Positions 25,701-40,700 of a DNA stretch of 64,000 bases are shown one piece after another. The stretch is from NCBI GenBank assembly GCA_964304625.1, contig OZ199839.1, forward strand, positions 3,195,223 to 3,259,222. The letters run 5' to 3'. The first letter of the stretch is position 1. Each line of letters opens with the position of its first letter. A program made the position numbers and the translations under genes. The notes under the pieces were generated by a model. The model saw nothing but the letters and a program-made list of their open reading frames with translations, ran no database searches and was not told the origin of the DNA. Origin of the DNA: Kudoa neothunni (taxonomy: Eukaryota > Animalia > Cnidaria).

Positions 25701-28700
25701 GTCCCGTATTAATCTTTTAAATTTTGTAGGCTCTTGTATAATTCGTTGCATTGACTACCACCAAGTGTATTTAATTGATCCAATAATTCAGAACATAACT
25801 GTTTCTTGATTTTAAATGTATATTGGTCGGTAAAACATTCAAGGCAATATTTTGCGAATCAATATCGGGGGAGTTTATAGTTGTTGAAAAATTGTACAAT
25901 CACACTTGTATATATTATTTAGAAACGTAACCATTGCTGAATAAGATATAATGTGAACAAAGAACATGTTTTTTAAATTCCAAATTGACATTAATTTCAT
26001 ATTTTGAGTCTCTAATTTGATTTTATCAATAGTAAAACTGTCAAACTTTTATTATTACCTTAATATCATCAATTTTGTGCTTCATAAGAATCAGATCATT
26101 TTTTTAAAATCATCACCATGGATGGTCTCACAGTAATTGAGTGTTGAATTGACTTGGTGAATTGACGAAGATTTGGACATAAATTTTTTATCTTGTCATG
26201 CTCTTGTTCAGTCCTGTTATTGGTATTTGAACCAAATGTCAGAGCATCAAGAAGATGAAAATCAGCCCAAATATTTTTAAGATTAATCAAGTTTTTCCCC
26301 AAATATTTTGAAAATACATTGGATTGGTCGAATATATTTCATTCAAGTTGAAGTAAAATGAGTCAGCGCTTTCAGAATATATTAAATTTTTTATCAGATT
26401 TTTTTTAAATTATCAGTTGTCTTTTTTTGTTTACAAGGTAAAGCCCCTGGCGCAACTTATTAGGTTGTGGAATTCTGGTTGGTCAGACCTCTTCCATTAA
26501 CGCTTTAGGCACCGCAGGACGTAACATGAAACCCCGTCGCTTATTAAAATGCGGTAGTGTGAGACTTTAACCCGCTAAACATCCTCGTCTCAGGGCGACC
26601 ACCATCCCAAACCCTATCCCTTTAAGGACGTTGGCTCTGCGGGAACTGCAAATCACTTTGCCTTTCGATGGGTTCCGGAGATTCAAACGCCTATTCGCAT
26701 TCGCGCTCACCTCACTTTATGCAAATCTGGCTGTCAGTGCACCCCACTCCACAGCGAGCGTACACGTTAACCATAGCTCCCAAATATGGGATAGAGACTC
26801 GCCGACAAGGAAGCAGTAGTCTGACCATCGGCGGATTCGAACGCATTATCTCAAGGTTCTGAGTCCGAGAGTCACACCGATGTGCTATCTGTCCTCAGCT
26901 ACTTTTATATTATCAAATTAACAGAATCGTTTGTTGAATAAATCGTGGCCGTCTGAACTCATAACTCGCAAAACTAATATGCCGCATTAAAGATATATTC
27001 ACATAAACTTTTCATGTAATTATTATCTAACTATTTTTTATTTCTAATACGTAAAAGTTGGCATAAAATTGTTCTATGGATTAAATGACTGTAATTTTTA
27101 CGATAGATAATAATTGACGTATAGTTTCAAAAATCAACTAGAAAAATATTATTTGGCTTTGGGGCTAGTATTAATTGTTTTAAATAACTAATTTAAGAGT
27201 AAAAGCACATATAGAGGTAATGCTTTAATCCTCACTGCATACACCGAGGGAATGCAAATAGACATTATCATTTTATTAGCTGGTGTGGCAAGACCTATCC
27301 AACTATGTCATCTCGACCCTTGAATTTGTATTTTTAAATCAAGAAAATTCAAAATAAATTATTTTATAACATTGTTTTATACATGGTAAAATGCATGTTA
27401 ACAACGAATACTTTTCGACATTATTCTTTCTCGTAATCCGTTAACTTATTATATTTATATATTTCATTATTTTAATTTTTTTCTATATTTATACAAGTAG
27501 ATATCTAAATTAATAATTAACTTAGTGAAGGATGAAATAATTACTGGGATTCGCTATCATGATAATAAGATATACATACGTAACAAATACCAAGATAGAA
27601 AAAATGTCAGATGCAAAATTAACATTCAAACTACCCAGAAGATTGAGTAAACAATAATCAATCAATATTTTATGATTTATATTGATTTATTTAGGGACAA
27701 TCCGTCATGTGATAATGTAACGATTCCTATTGGTAATTACAAACTTTATACATTAGGAATATCAGCCAATGAAAATGAACAAACGTACCATATTGTTCCA
27801 TGTAGTTATATAGAATCATAGTCACAAATTTAATCTCATATAGTTCCGTTTCCTTTTATTTATGGTTACGAATTGGAAAATTCAAATTTAAAACGTTATC
27901 ATCAGAATTCCCCCATATATAGATTCGATTGTTATTCTATCAGAGGATATTATGAAAAAACGCAACTTGAACTAGTGCGAAAAACAACTAATATACCTTT
28001 GAATAATAAAAAAGATTGCGACCACATCAGCGACTATGTTAGTCTATCATTTGCAACACATGGCAAGGTGGATTGTATTCTTTTGAAATTAGAAAAAGAT
28101 CAGGAAAACACATTGGTTATTTTATGTATTTACTTAGGAATGTGTTGTAGTAATGCAGTTGTTGTTAGACCCAACGGAAAAAGATTTTATATTAAAATCT
28201 TTAGACGGTTATGTTTACTATGAGAATGTATACATTAAACGGAACACAAACTCTGTAACCCATAAATGGTACACCAAAAGAGAAGATGGTGTAATCACAG
28301 AGGTTGATCCATCGAAATTAAAGACAATCACCATGAGGAACGTGAATTATATCGCCCTTAAACCCGAACTGAATACCGATTATCAAGTGACCGTATCAAA
28401 CAATGGAATGGTTCAGTTTATACTCCACTTTTACCCCGAGAAAGAATTTGTAAGTTGTTAATACCTTTATGTGATGAATATTTTAGATTTTATCATTAAA
28501 AATTTTAGATTAAACTTAATTCTGATTAACAATACTGCTACGTATGTAATTAATAAATTTTGTCCTTCATGTAAAATTAATTGTAAGTAAATATCTAATA
28601 ATTTTATTATTAATTAAAAAATTTTAATTATTTTTTACACCCATATCAAAATCATAAACAATTACAACAATTAGGATGGCATTACGGTCACCACAATTGA

Positions 28701-31700
28701 ACAAGATAAGTTCACATCTCAAATCAATATCATCTGCAATAGCTCAAATCAGTGCTCGACCAAATATATTAAATACTTAAAGTTTAAAAATGGACGCTTT
28801 CAAGAAAATATTGAGCTAAACAAAAACTTTCATTGCAAAAACGGCGCTCATCTCACCATAACGAAAAACGTCTGTCCTATCACCTACTTCGTCCATCCAA
28901 ATGAGATAATACGACTTTGTTTGGTAGAGAATGAAGCGACAGTTTCGTGCCAAATATACAAATCTAGTAATTGCTATACTCAATTGTTTGATTTATGACT
29001 GACATTATTTATCGATTTTAAGAACATCAAATGAAATTCTTCCGATCGGTTTATTTTGGAAAAAATAAACGAGAATTTGAAATCACGTCAGACTCCGATG
29101 ATAAAACCACTTGCATCTGCACTGCTATTAATGGTCGTGAAAGAAGCCAATTATGGGATCCTTTCCAATGCAAACCGTTGCAAAAAGATTTCGATTTAGG
29201 CTGTGATGAAATAAAAACACACACCGAAATAAAAGATGGAGAGATGATTGTCAACATAGAAAACAAGGCTGAGTTTAATGGAAAGATACAACAGATCATG
29301 CCTTCAAGTTATCAAAGTAAATTCCTTTACATTTTCACTGGCATTACGCATTACAGTCGCACCAGTGTAAGGTGTGAGAGCAAGTACAGTAGGTAGCCAA
29401 TTTTTCTCAATTCTTTGAAAACAATACATACCTTCAAAATAATAAATGAGCTGTATTTTTGTTTTTATTTTAAAATAGTATCTTATTACTATAATGTCAT
29501 TGGAATTAAAATAAGGTTAAAAATAGCCAAAATCAAAATCACATGATTAACCAGTTTTTCGTAGTTTGTTTGGGCGGGTATTGTCTAACCTTTCGAGCAC
29601 CTCAAAATCGACTATACATTCGTTGTTTTTTCAATGTGTGACTAAATTTGGTCTAAAATTAGGGCATAATGATTAATACAACAAAATATCCGTCCTTTAT
29701 GAGGAGACGAAAATTAATTCTATACTGCAATTTAAAAGTCTATAAATTAACATACGCAATGCAATTTTAAAATACAATAATGAGTTATATTAGAACCTCC
29801 AATATACGTAGGTTAGAACTGTCAACAAATTCAATTATTAGACATCTGGTTTCTGGATCACCACATTAATGATAGGATTCGATTAAATGAAAGAGACCTA
29901 ACAAAACAAGGATTGCAAACATGTCTCTCGCAAGCCGCATGAGGTCCTTTAACCCTCCCGGGATGGCGCGCGAAAAAATCACATGCGTTCCGGTGTGGGA
30001 TGGGGTTCCGCGATACCTCATAAGTTCTCTATTATAATAAATTTATTGCGCAATGTAATGAAAATCACAACAAATAAAAGTTTGTGAATATCTTATTGAA
30101 TCACTTGAAATTTAATTAAACGTAAATTTTTCCGGAAAAATCTAAAAAATCCGTTAAACATTAAGATAGAAAATATGACGAAAAATTTTTTAAACTATTT
30201 ATAGATGAGTTTATACAAGCACCAGGCATTAGCCCTTCTGAGTCCACATGCCCCGAATGTTTCGGCAATCCCAAAAATGTATCAAACGTCTTTTGTGTAC
30301 TGTTGTCGTTCTCATTGTTTAAATCTGAATAATATATTTTCATTGATTTCTTCAATTAAGAAGAATCTACTAAAGGACCTGCCTTAGTAGTAACAAAATT
30401 GAATGGTTTAGTTCGGTCCCTGACTTTATCACAAAAATCTCACCTAAACCCAGATTTCAATGTTCATGCATCATTCGATTTAGACTTTTCACCGCAATCA
30501 TACTTAGATCCCGAATCACATAAAGATTCCAACGTATCATTTCACCATGACGCATCCTACACTGAGTCTTTAAACTCCATCTCACTACCCACCACTTCAC
30601 TCTCGTTAATATCAATCGTTAAGTTATCCGATTCATCCTTACGACGCATAACTCAATAAAATATTACTTAAATTATCGTAATATAAATTCTTCTTGTGTT
30701 ACTATTGAGTAAAACCATTTGATATTAACACTGATCCTCTTAAGTCTCATGATCACTCAGTGAAATTTAAAAACAACACAAAATTTGGAAATATATTACA
30801 TATGTAACATAATAATGTCATACTAAATATATTTACTCATGTTCACGAATATTCTTTACACCTTACTCAATTGGATGGATTCTAAACCATTTATATTGTG
30901 CATCCCACTAAAAAACGCATTTTCCAAAACATCCGTGTATTAAAAACTTTAACTAATACTATAAATCAATTATAAATCTCACACTTGAAGATTAGTTGAG
31001 CCCTTTAACGTGTCACATTGTCATTTATGGTGCAAAACTAAAAATAATCTGAAATGGGGTTCGGGAGGATTAATGTCAGAAGGACAGCTTTCCATCTTAT
31101 GTGTATAATATGAGGTACTATACCTAGGTTTGAAACGAGAGAAATTGTATAATTCCTAGTCGCTGAATTCATTTTCTTTTTTATTACTTTCAAGTTAAAT
31201 ACAGAAAGAAAAAGGTCAGCAAATGTAAGTAACGTATAAATATTACGAATTCCTCATAAAATAAAGTCCAACACACCCATGATAATTAACGAGACACAAT
31301 AACTCTAAATTTTCTCAGTTTTTTCTACGTTTTTAAATTATAAAATGTTTTTATCGCCATTCAAAATTTCTTTTTAATAAAAAAGTTATTATTCAACCGA
31401 AACGCCCTAAAAATAAACTTTTCGAGTTCTACACAAATACATCTAGTTTATATGCTCAACTTTTATAAACCTTTAAATTAGACCTATGGATGTGTTGATA
31501 GATTTTCTAGTTTAAAAATTTTTCTTAGTAAAATTTAAATTTTAAGTGCTTTATGTAATTACCGGAGAAGTTATTAAAAAAATGATAATAACCATATCAA
31601 ATATTCTTAATTTCAAACATTTATTACAATATTGAAACGTGATAAAAATATATTTGTTTTCTAAGATTTTTATTTTGAGTTATTGTTTGTTAATTAAAAT

Positions 31701-34700
31701 GCATCCAAAGGCGATATAAACAAATTCATATTATGCATGCATACGCCAAAATACGTGAGAGTGGTTAAATAATTAATTTCACGCATTTTCATCCCGGCCT
31801 TGAAGGAATTAATTAAAGAGGTTACCTATTGTATTCCAAAAATGATATTAATTTTACTTCCCCTGATCAAAATTATCAATAATACTCGTTTACAAAAATT
31901 CGAATTGTTTCCTTCTGAGTTAATTGACTATATATTTTTAATGGCTTGAAAGGAGGTTTTAATGTATAAGATTCTGAATTTTCGGCGAAGTTGCGCAATT
32001 CTTGCTAAATTTTAATATAATCATGTGAAATATTCTTTTTTAATATTGCAATTAATAAACGGAATATTAAAAATTTTCACCTTATTCAGGAAGAATTATC
32101 AGTTGTTTTAATATTATTTCATATATTGTTGATTTAGAAATTGCAAAAATAATATCTTCTTGTATTAAAATTTAAAACTCTATTATGAATTGTTTTTACG
32201 TATAAAACTTATTATTTTTATATTTAAAAACAAAATCTATTCCAACTTTTAAGTTATATTCAGGAAAATAATGTCGAACTAAAGTTAGCAGTATCTATAT
32301 GAAGAATTTTTACTATTCATTCTTACATCCATGAATTAATTTTGATTACAAAAATAAATTATTGGGATAATTATGACACAGATTCTAAATGTAAGAGTTT
32401 AATTTGAAAAATTAACACTAATTATGAGCGTGAATAAACAAAATTGATAGAAAAATTAATGAATATATATTTATAGGAATAATAAAAGAGTATAAAATTA
32501 TTTTGTCAATATCTTCTAATTATTCATTGGTGCGACTGACATATGTGGATTTGGAACTAATAAATTATGTTCATAGAAACGTTCTCAAAATTAAATAATC
32601 ATAAGTTGGCATACTTCTACAATCAAAATAGAATCATCATAAATTCAAACAAAGAGTGTATATACACCGTGCCAGACTCCAATATTCAATTGCCTGGGAC
32701 TTTGAAAAATACATTAGGCGTTAATACAATCAATCAGCCTTATGTATTAAATGAAGATGTAAACAAAGATTCTTGTCCCTCACCAGAAATAACTCATTTA
32801 CCTAATGCCGATATTACGATTTCTCTGGAGATTGGAAACAATAATTACAACTTTCAAATGAAAAGTATGATATATTTATATGCTTTTATTTTTTATTTTA
32901 TTATTTTAGCTCACAGAAATATTATTCTTGAATTTTTCAATGCAAACATTATAAAAGAGACAATATATTTTGATGGAGTTATAAACAAACAGATAAATTA
33001 TAAACAATGGTTTAGCTGTCCAGTGGATACTATTTATTATGAAAATGGCGACAAAAAAATAAAACATGCAGTTTTCAATCTTGAAATCACGTGTGAAAAT
33101 AATTCTTGTACCGCAATCCCCAAAAAAATTACCAAAACCAAAATACATGGATACCAATTTTCATTTGATTTTCTAAATCGCCATATAAAATTAAACAAGG
33201 GTAATTTTAATATATTAATAATAACATGTTTTAGCATTTTCACTATTTTAGTTCCAACGATAATTGACGTTGATATATTTCCCACAAAAATAATTAACCA
33301 TCGTCAAATTGTGTACAGTATCAGTCAGCCACATAAAATGATAATTTTAAATGAATTATTATACGATTACTCTCAAAAAGAATGTTACAAGAGCAAAAAT
33401 AAACACATCTTATGCAAAAACAAAAAATGCGTGGATACAATAATCTTCGAATCTGATTGTCAGCATCCAGCCATATTAGTAATACACTCAGAAAAAATGG
33501 CTTTGTTGAAAAAGGAATTAAAAAGTAAGAGTTTATTTTCGCGATAATCCAAATTAATTATATCATTTTGTATTTTTCATTGTTAATTATTACAAGAATA
33601 TTATTTATAAAAAAAAATATTACATACTTACTGAAAATTCATTCTCTAAGTTTGACTACTTAAAATACTGTAATATTATATAACTATTAAGGGAATTATT
33701 TAATTATATCATATAGATTAATGCCCCCGTATGAGGCCTGAAAGAATCAGCTCCAAATAAATATAAAAAAGTTCAAACTTGTTTTGATTTTTTTAAATAT
33801 TGACTCCCATTCAAATACTTACTTTTTTAGGTTGAAGTTTTAATTTTTGGATGCCCTTTTAACCATAATTGGCGATCGCAATAAATATATATGATTTCTG
33901 AAAATGATCGGGCGTTTCGTCAATCAACAAAATACTCTTTTTTGATATATTCACCAAAAATAATAATGAGCAGTAAATTTGTGGAATTTAATAACAAATT
34001 ATATAGTTATATTTTTTCAAAACTGAATATAGATTTTTATTTTTCTTAATATTTTTATTTTAACTTATTTTAATTATGTAATTGTTTGTTATATTATACA
34101 TTAAATGGAAAAATACTTTATTATTATATTAACAAAATAATAGAATTAATAAACAAGATTCCATTTAAAGGTTCTTTGTAATATGAGCCATTTAATTTTA
34201 TAATTATTTATTTTATTAAAATTTCAGGTGATAGAATTAATAAATCTATTTTACTTTACTCATTTTAACAAAATGAATAAATTTAAAATATATGCCGATT
34301 AAAAAAAATATTCCAAGTTTTCAGTAAATTTAATTATTATCGGGGTTTTATCCAATATCAACATTAGGCGTGATATTAATGTTGGTTATTGAATGAGGGT
34401 ACGGGAATAAATATTTAAAACAAGCGTAAGCACAGATCAAGGATAATAATTCAGACAAGCCAACAACATATTTTCTATTGATGAGATGAATTTCGAATTC
34501 TTCATTCGATAGTTAGAAAAGATGCATAATTTGAGGAGATGTTAAAAAAAGTAACGTTTTCGAAGATGTCAAGATTAAAAGTAGAGTATAAAATGTAGGG
34601 ATTCCTAATTGTTGATTTTATTAGCGAAGTTCTACGTTTATCTATTTGTTTATTTTGTTGGATTATATCGGAATAGGCCCATTAATAATCAATCGCAGAA

Positions 34701-37700
34701 AATGACTCGAATTTTAGGTTTGCATTGAAAAGTTGCTTGATTCGGAAATTATCCAAAAAGCATTTCTATTAGATGCTCCAAGTAAATTAAGTGATGCAAC
34801 TAAGTACAGGTGCGTTTCACCTCACCGAAAAATCTTCAAATCATGTCTTGTCCATTTCGTTGTTTAATCCTCTCGATCCCAATGTATACTTAAATATATA
34901 TGATTGAATTTTGAATCCCCAGGACGTTTTGCTTCTGGAATTCCAACTAAACTAGTTTTAAATATTTTAATTACTGTTATCTTTTTTTATTTTAATTTTA
35001 ATAATTTTGAATGAGTTAAATAGGAAAATATTAATCAAATGGTTCTAAATCGTGTCGGGTCTTAAGATAGGAGAATTAATCTTGCATTTGTGTAAAATTT
35101 TTCTAATGCACGCTCATGAAAAAAAAACTTTTTATAATACTATTTAATTAAAAATATGTATGTGATTAATTAAAACGAAATATCCATGCAAACTTGCTTA
35201 TATATTTAAATATATATTGGGGCCGAGTGTAATAGATTTGGTCACATCCTAAGGGATCACGACGTTCAACCTGAAAATCTAAATCAGGCTCTACATCATA
35301 AGAAGTCATTTATTTATCAGAGGTGAATATTTTTAATCATATCACAATCTCACAAGATGGTTATACCACAAAGTTAATTGACAACAACGACGATCCCAGA
35401 TAATAGGAATACATTTCTGATTATAAATAGTGCCCCTTTTTGAGATAAAGGTATCGAACTTACAACACTCTATTTCAAGAGATTTTTTAGCACTTCATTG
35501 CTTAATCTGATTCTCTGAAGGATTAATACTCACTCTGTTTTTTACATCGGGTATGAAGGAACCTATGTAATAGAGATAGAAAAATACATGGATATTGTTA
35601 AATTAACCCCCCAAGTCAGCCCTAGCCAACCAAAACTTCATTCGCACTCCCTTTTTAATGATAGAACGAAATCCACGCCCCCTCTGTAATCGATAAGGTG
35701 TATCTGGCTCAAAATTTCTCAAAAATTACTTTCTAATGTTGTCAAACCTCGTACCTGACAAACCCATAGTTCGTAATCCCTAGGGATGCAGGAACCACTG
35801 TTCTAAGTCACATGAAAATTTACAACTTCCAAGTAAAATTAAGGTGTAAATTCACCCAATTTTTTCAACCAAATTATTTGAAACTAATAGGTAACTATTT
35901 CAGTATAATGAAAAAATTTTGGTCGAGTAATTTTTGAGGAATTGACGAGAAAACATTGTTGAACATACATACACATGCGTGGGTTGCTTGGATATTCTGG
36001 CGGTCAGATAAATTTACGTGAATCAATTAATGTTCAAACTTATATGTATATGTGTACAAAAAATGGTTAATAATTTGGAAATTTAAATACTCACAAAAAT
36101 AAACCAAATAAACAGGCTAATATGCGTATTATTTATTACAACAGTTAAGACATAATTTCGATAATTTTTACGACCAAAATTAGCACAAATTCCACACTTT
36201 AAGGAAGTCTTCTTGTCATTTTTTTCTCACACAGTCGGAATCTACCTTGAACGTTCGTTTCCCGTTCTGCGATAGAACTAATATCTAATGTAGGATTGAA
36301 TAACTTGACTTTTTCTCAATTTTTTTTGTTTACAAGGTAAAACCCCCGGCCCAACTTATTAGGTTGTGGAATTCTGGTTGGCCAGACCTCTTCCATTAAC
36401 GCTTTAGGCACCGCAGGATATAATATGAAACCCCGTCGCTCATCTTTATGCGGTAGTGTGGGACTTTAACCCGCTAAACATCCTCGTCTCAGGGCGGCCA
36501 CCACCCCAAATCCTATCCCTTTAAAGAAGTTGGCTCTGTGAGGGCTGCAAATCACTTTGCCTTTCGATGGGTTCCGGAGATTCAAACTCCTATTCACGCT
36601 CACCCCATTCCACATCGAGCGTACACTTTAACCACAGCTCCCAAACATGGGATAGAGACCCACCGACCGACACGGAAGCATAATCTGATCAACGGCGGAT
36701 TTAAACCCATTATCTCAAGGTTTTGAGTCCGAATGTCACACCGATATGCTATGTGTCCTCGGCAATACTTTTTCCCAATGACAATGGACATGTCATTTGC
36801 TCAGCCGACGTTTTCGAGAAATCTCTCCATCTAAGATTTACACCGATAACCTTGCGTTGGTGTCAACTCCCCATTTTATCGTATTATACCGCAAGAAGAT
36901 GTTGGGTCGAAAAAACGCTTCAGCTGCAGTATGAGTGTTACTTGAAGATGAACAAGGCATATATACAGGTTTGTTCTTCCTCGGTAAACACCTTAAAATC
37001 ATCTTTTTGCTATTAAATACCAAAAGAGATGAATATAAGGTTCGTCTTCTTGAGGTCGTAGATAGAATGGAATATCACGTTTGTTTTCACGCATGGTTCC
37101 AATAATAATTGTAAGCTTTCTACTTAACGATTCATCAACTAACTCACTTGACGTAAAAAAATTGTAACAAAAAACGTTCCGCCCAGAGTTTATGAATGAT
37201 TCTGTAAACGGCAAAACAATGTTTTTCCCAACATTAACAGTTTTTGTGTCATTCTGAGACTGCTTATCCAAATAGATGGACAAATTGCAAACATATATTG
37301 GTCTAGGATCAACCAATAAAAACCATAATCCCATACTTGGTGGGCTTCATTGGCATGTACCGCTTGAATTCGCAACGATCTCTAAATGCAACAAATTGCT
37401 CATCTAAGCACAGATCTTAATATGGTTAAAATCTACGATTAAGTAAATCAACCCAAATGTTTCAAAGATCGCGGAAATAACAAAATTTGTCATTAACTTC
37501 TCTCAAATCCTTGGTTTCTGAGTTTTCAATGTGAAATGCCTGTATAATTTGTCGAAATTTTGTTAACGAAAAGATATCACGGTATATTTTTCGGTCTTCT
37601 TCAGATTTAAATAATTCTTTAACAGGTTCTTGATTGTTTCTATGTATGCTCATTAAAATTAAGCATCCGATTGGGTCATTAATTTTAGTTTCTTCTAATT

Positions 37701-40700
37701 TTGTCGAAGCATGACCAAAAAGTTTTTCTCCGTATTGATTTGTAAATTTGGAAATCAATTTGTGCATATCTTGATTATATAACACCTTGAAAATATCATC
37801 CGCTTCTATGCCATTTTGAGATATGTAAGGAGAAATTCCTCGGCGATTATTTATTATATTTTCAACTGCCCCCAGCACTCTATTTTTATCAATTAATGAG
37901 TCTAATGGCACATTAGTGGTATAATCTTCATTATTTGATGATGGTATATCATCAAATAAGAAATCATCAATAGAAGAATCAGTATCAGAACAACTACCTC
38001 AGCAGTCAGAAGAACTTATTACGTTTTGCGCGTGCGCGTTGAATTAATTGAATAAATTTTGTCAATATGAGGGTTATTTAACGATTAGAACTATCTAAAA
38101 AATTCCAGTTATGTTACTTACTTTATTAATAACAATTTTAGCAAATAAACCTTAGGGTGTATAATCACCCAAATTTTACTCGGAGGCTGTTTTAGCATTA
38201 TCTTAGGTCATAATAAAAAAAAATTTTATTTTATTTTCGCTTATTGTGTACTATATACATATGGAGAATTAGCAGACACATGAATTATATTTGTTGCATT
38301 TATAATGAGAACAATTACCATCAATAATCGTTCGGGAAGGAAATACACCCCATTTTACTTGGAGGCTAATGGATGAGGATTGTACGAATGCCGAGGGTTC
38401 CGTATTATTGGAAAAACCATTTAAATGTTAGAACTTTAGTTATTTGTTGTTCTGTTAGAACATTTTATTTTAATGAATCTAATAAACTAAGGTATTCACG
38501 ATATAATAAATCCTATTTTTCATTAAATGTTGCCACGTTTGATAGGAAATAATTCTTTTAATCTATTATCAATCAAAGTATAAAATTGGCGATAAATTGT
38601 TTGTATATTGGATGCTATTTTTAAAAAGAATAATTTAGAGGAATATTCCATAATTTTTATGAATTTTGGGATTGATCTTATGGTTTTCATTTAGTTAAAG
38701 AGGATCCAGTAATCCTGTTTGAGGAAAGAGATATACATAAGCAAGGTCAATACACGGTTGTGTTAAAAATGCAAGCTGATGAAACTAACAAAGAATTCCT
38801 CAAATCAAATATTCTAATACGGGGACAGAATATTGTTGACGACTGTTATATTATAGACAATCCTATATACAATGACTTTTTACGTTTTTGGATAAAATCC
38901 GATTGTTTGGTCGAAGAAACTTCAATAATAGAATATTCAATCGGAAATGGAATTTATTCGAAAATAAAAAAAAAACGTATATAATATTTATAATATATTT
39001 ACTATATTAATTAAATTTTATTTAGGATACCATAACGCTTACGGACGAGTAGAAGTTGATGGCAACAATATCAAATTCTATATCATACTCTCCAGTTATC
39101 TCGATTCTATCCGATTAAAAAATATTATAGCGTATAATTTATTTTTGAAGCAGACGATATTAAACATTAATGAAGGAGGTTTTATCATATGTAGAAGTTT
39201 AGTGTGTAAGTACAATTATCGAGCAACTGGCCTCGAAACATCACTTGAACATACTTTAATAAGAATATCTTCAGATGAACTAAAAGATATAGAAATATAT
39301 CACCGAACAAGTAAATGAGTTATTATAATTACAATTTTACCATTTATTTAGATTTTAACGAAGCATTTTATTACCAAAATGCTAAATTTATGGATGATCA
39401 TGGTATAAAACTGTATTTGGATGGCTACACGGTTCTACCAGATTCGCATATAATCTTAAACAATGATTCCAGTATAATTGTTCCTTACCAGATTCCTGTC
39501 AAATTTATTGATCAAAAGTTTTATTGTGTGGTTAATCATGATGCGACTGGAAGTGGAAAAAGCTTTACATTTCCAAAATCGACTATAACGAAACCTCTAA
39601 TAACGAATGAAAGTATTTTTATATTATAACACAATATTATACGCGATTTTAAAAATGTTACACAATTAAAAAAATATATCAATTTTTTCTACTTCATTGA
39701 TTTTTAACTATAACTACAAATTTTTTTATTATTTATAGAGAGGTATAGCTATGAATTGGAATATTTTTGGCTCAACCAAAAACTAAGTATTCTGTTGAAA
39801 ATAGCTTCCAAAAAAGAAATACCCACGTTAGATATCAAATATTCAATTTATGCGAATAATGAAATTCCAATTGAACCATATGTCAATCAAATCACTGTTA
39901 CGCCTGGAAATAGTGAATACACCTTTAAGATTGAAGGTCTCGATACTCGGGTTAATTACTTGATAGAGTTGTCCTCTCCCCAACTTGAAGATTCTGATCC
40001 ATACATTATAAAAAATGGTACAAAAAATACCTCCTGATATAAACACCAATTTGTAAATCTTCATTAAATTAATATATATTTTAGAAGCGTGTGACTTTGA
40101 AGTTACAACGCAACGTGAATCAAATGATGAAATTTTAATAGCAATAAGGAAAAAATCAAATTCTGGAAATTTAGAAATTTCCTATAGACTTTTTGAATCA
40201 GACTCTGATAATAAAGAAGCTCTTAATGAACAAAATAAGCAGATAACCTGCACTGAACACATATGCAGTTTCAAAACACGTCCTATAACTCCCGCCAAAA
40301 ATCACAATATCGTTCTAAAAATTCCGCCATGCAATGATGATTTTAATTTAGTCATTCAAAAAGGTATTATAGAATGTGTTTTCCAAAAAAAACATTTAAC
40401 CTATTATTAGTCAAAAGTGATTATGTTTTCTATTACAGTTATAGAAAAGATGGCGACTTAAGGGTCACACTTGTTATAGAATTAAGACTAAACCTGCCAT
40501 ATGAAATTATTATGGTTAACTGGAGTCTTAAGAAAAGTGAAGATTCACCAATAATAAAAAATTCAATAAAAGATCTACAAATATCGAAAGAATATGGGTA
40601 TTTTAAATTTGAAATACAAGGGGTAGAACGTAATAACCCATATTATATCGATATTACGTCTGAAGATCTCGTGGAAAAAACCAACCAAGTATACATCCCA

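Noticed and set aside
26820-26894. tRNA gene
   Set aside because: It has A/B boxes but no convincing acceptor stem, and it is the head of a repeated SINE with tail and TSDs.
36538-36726. Repeated small ORFs (26631, 36538, 59354) as a peptide gene family
   Set aside because: They are antisense frames of the SINE and are not length-conserved between copies.
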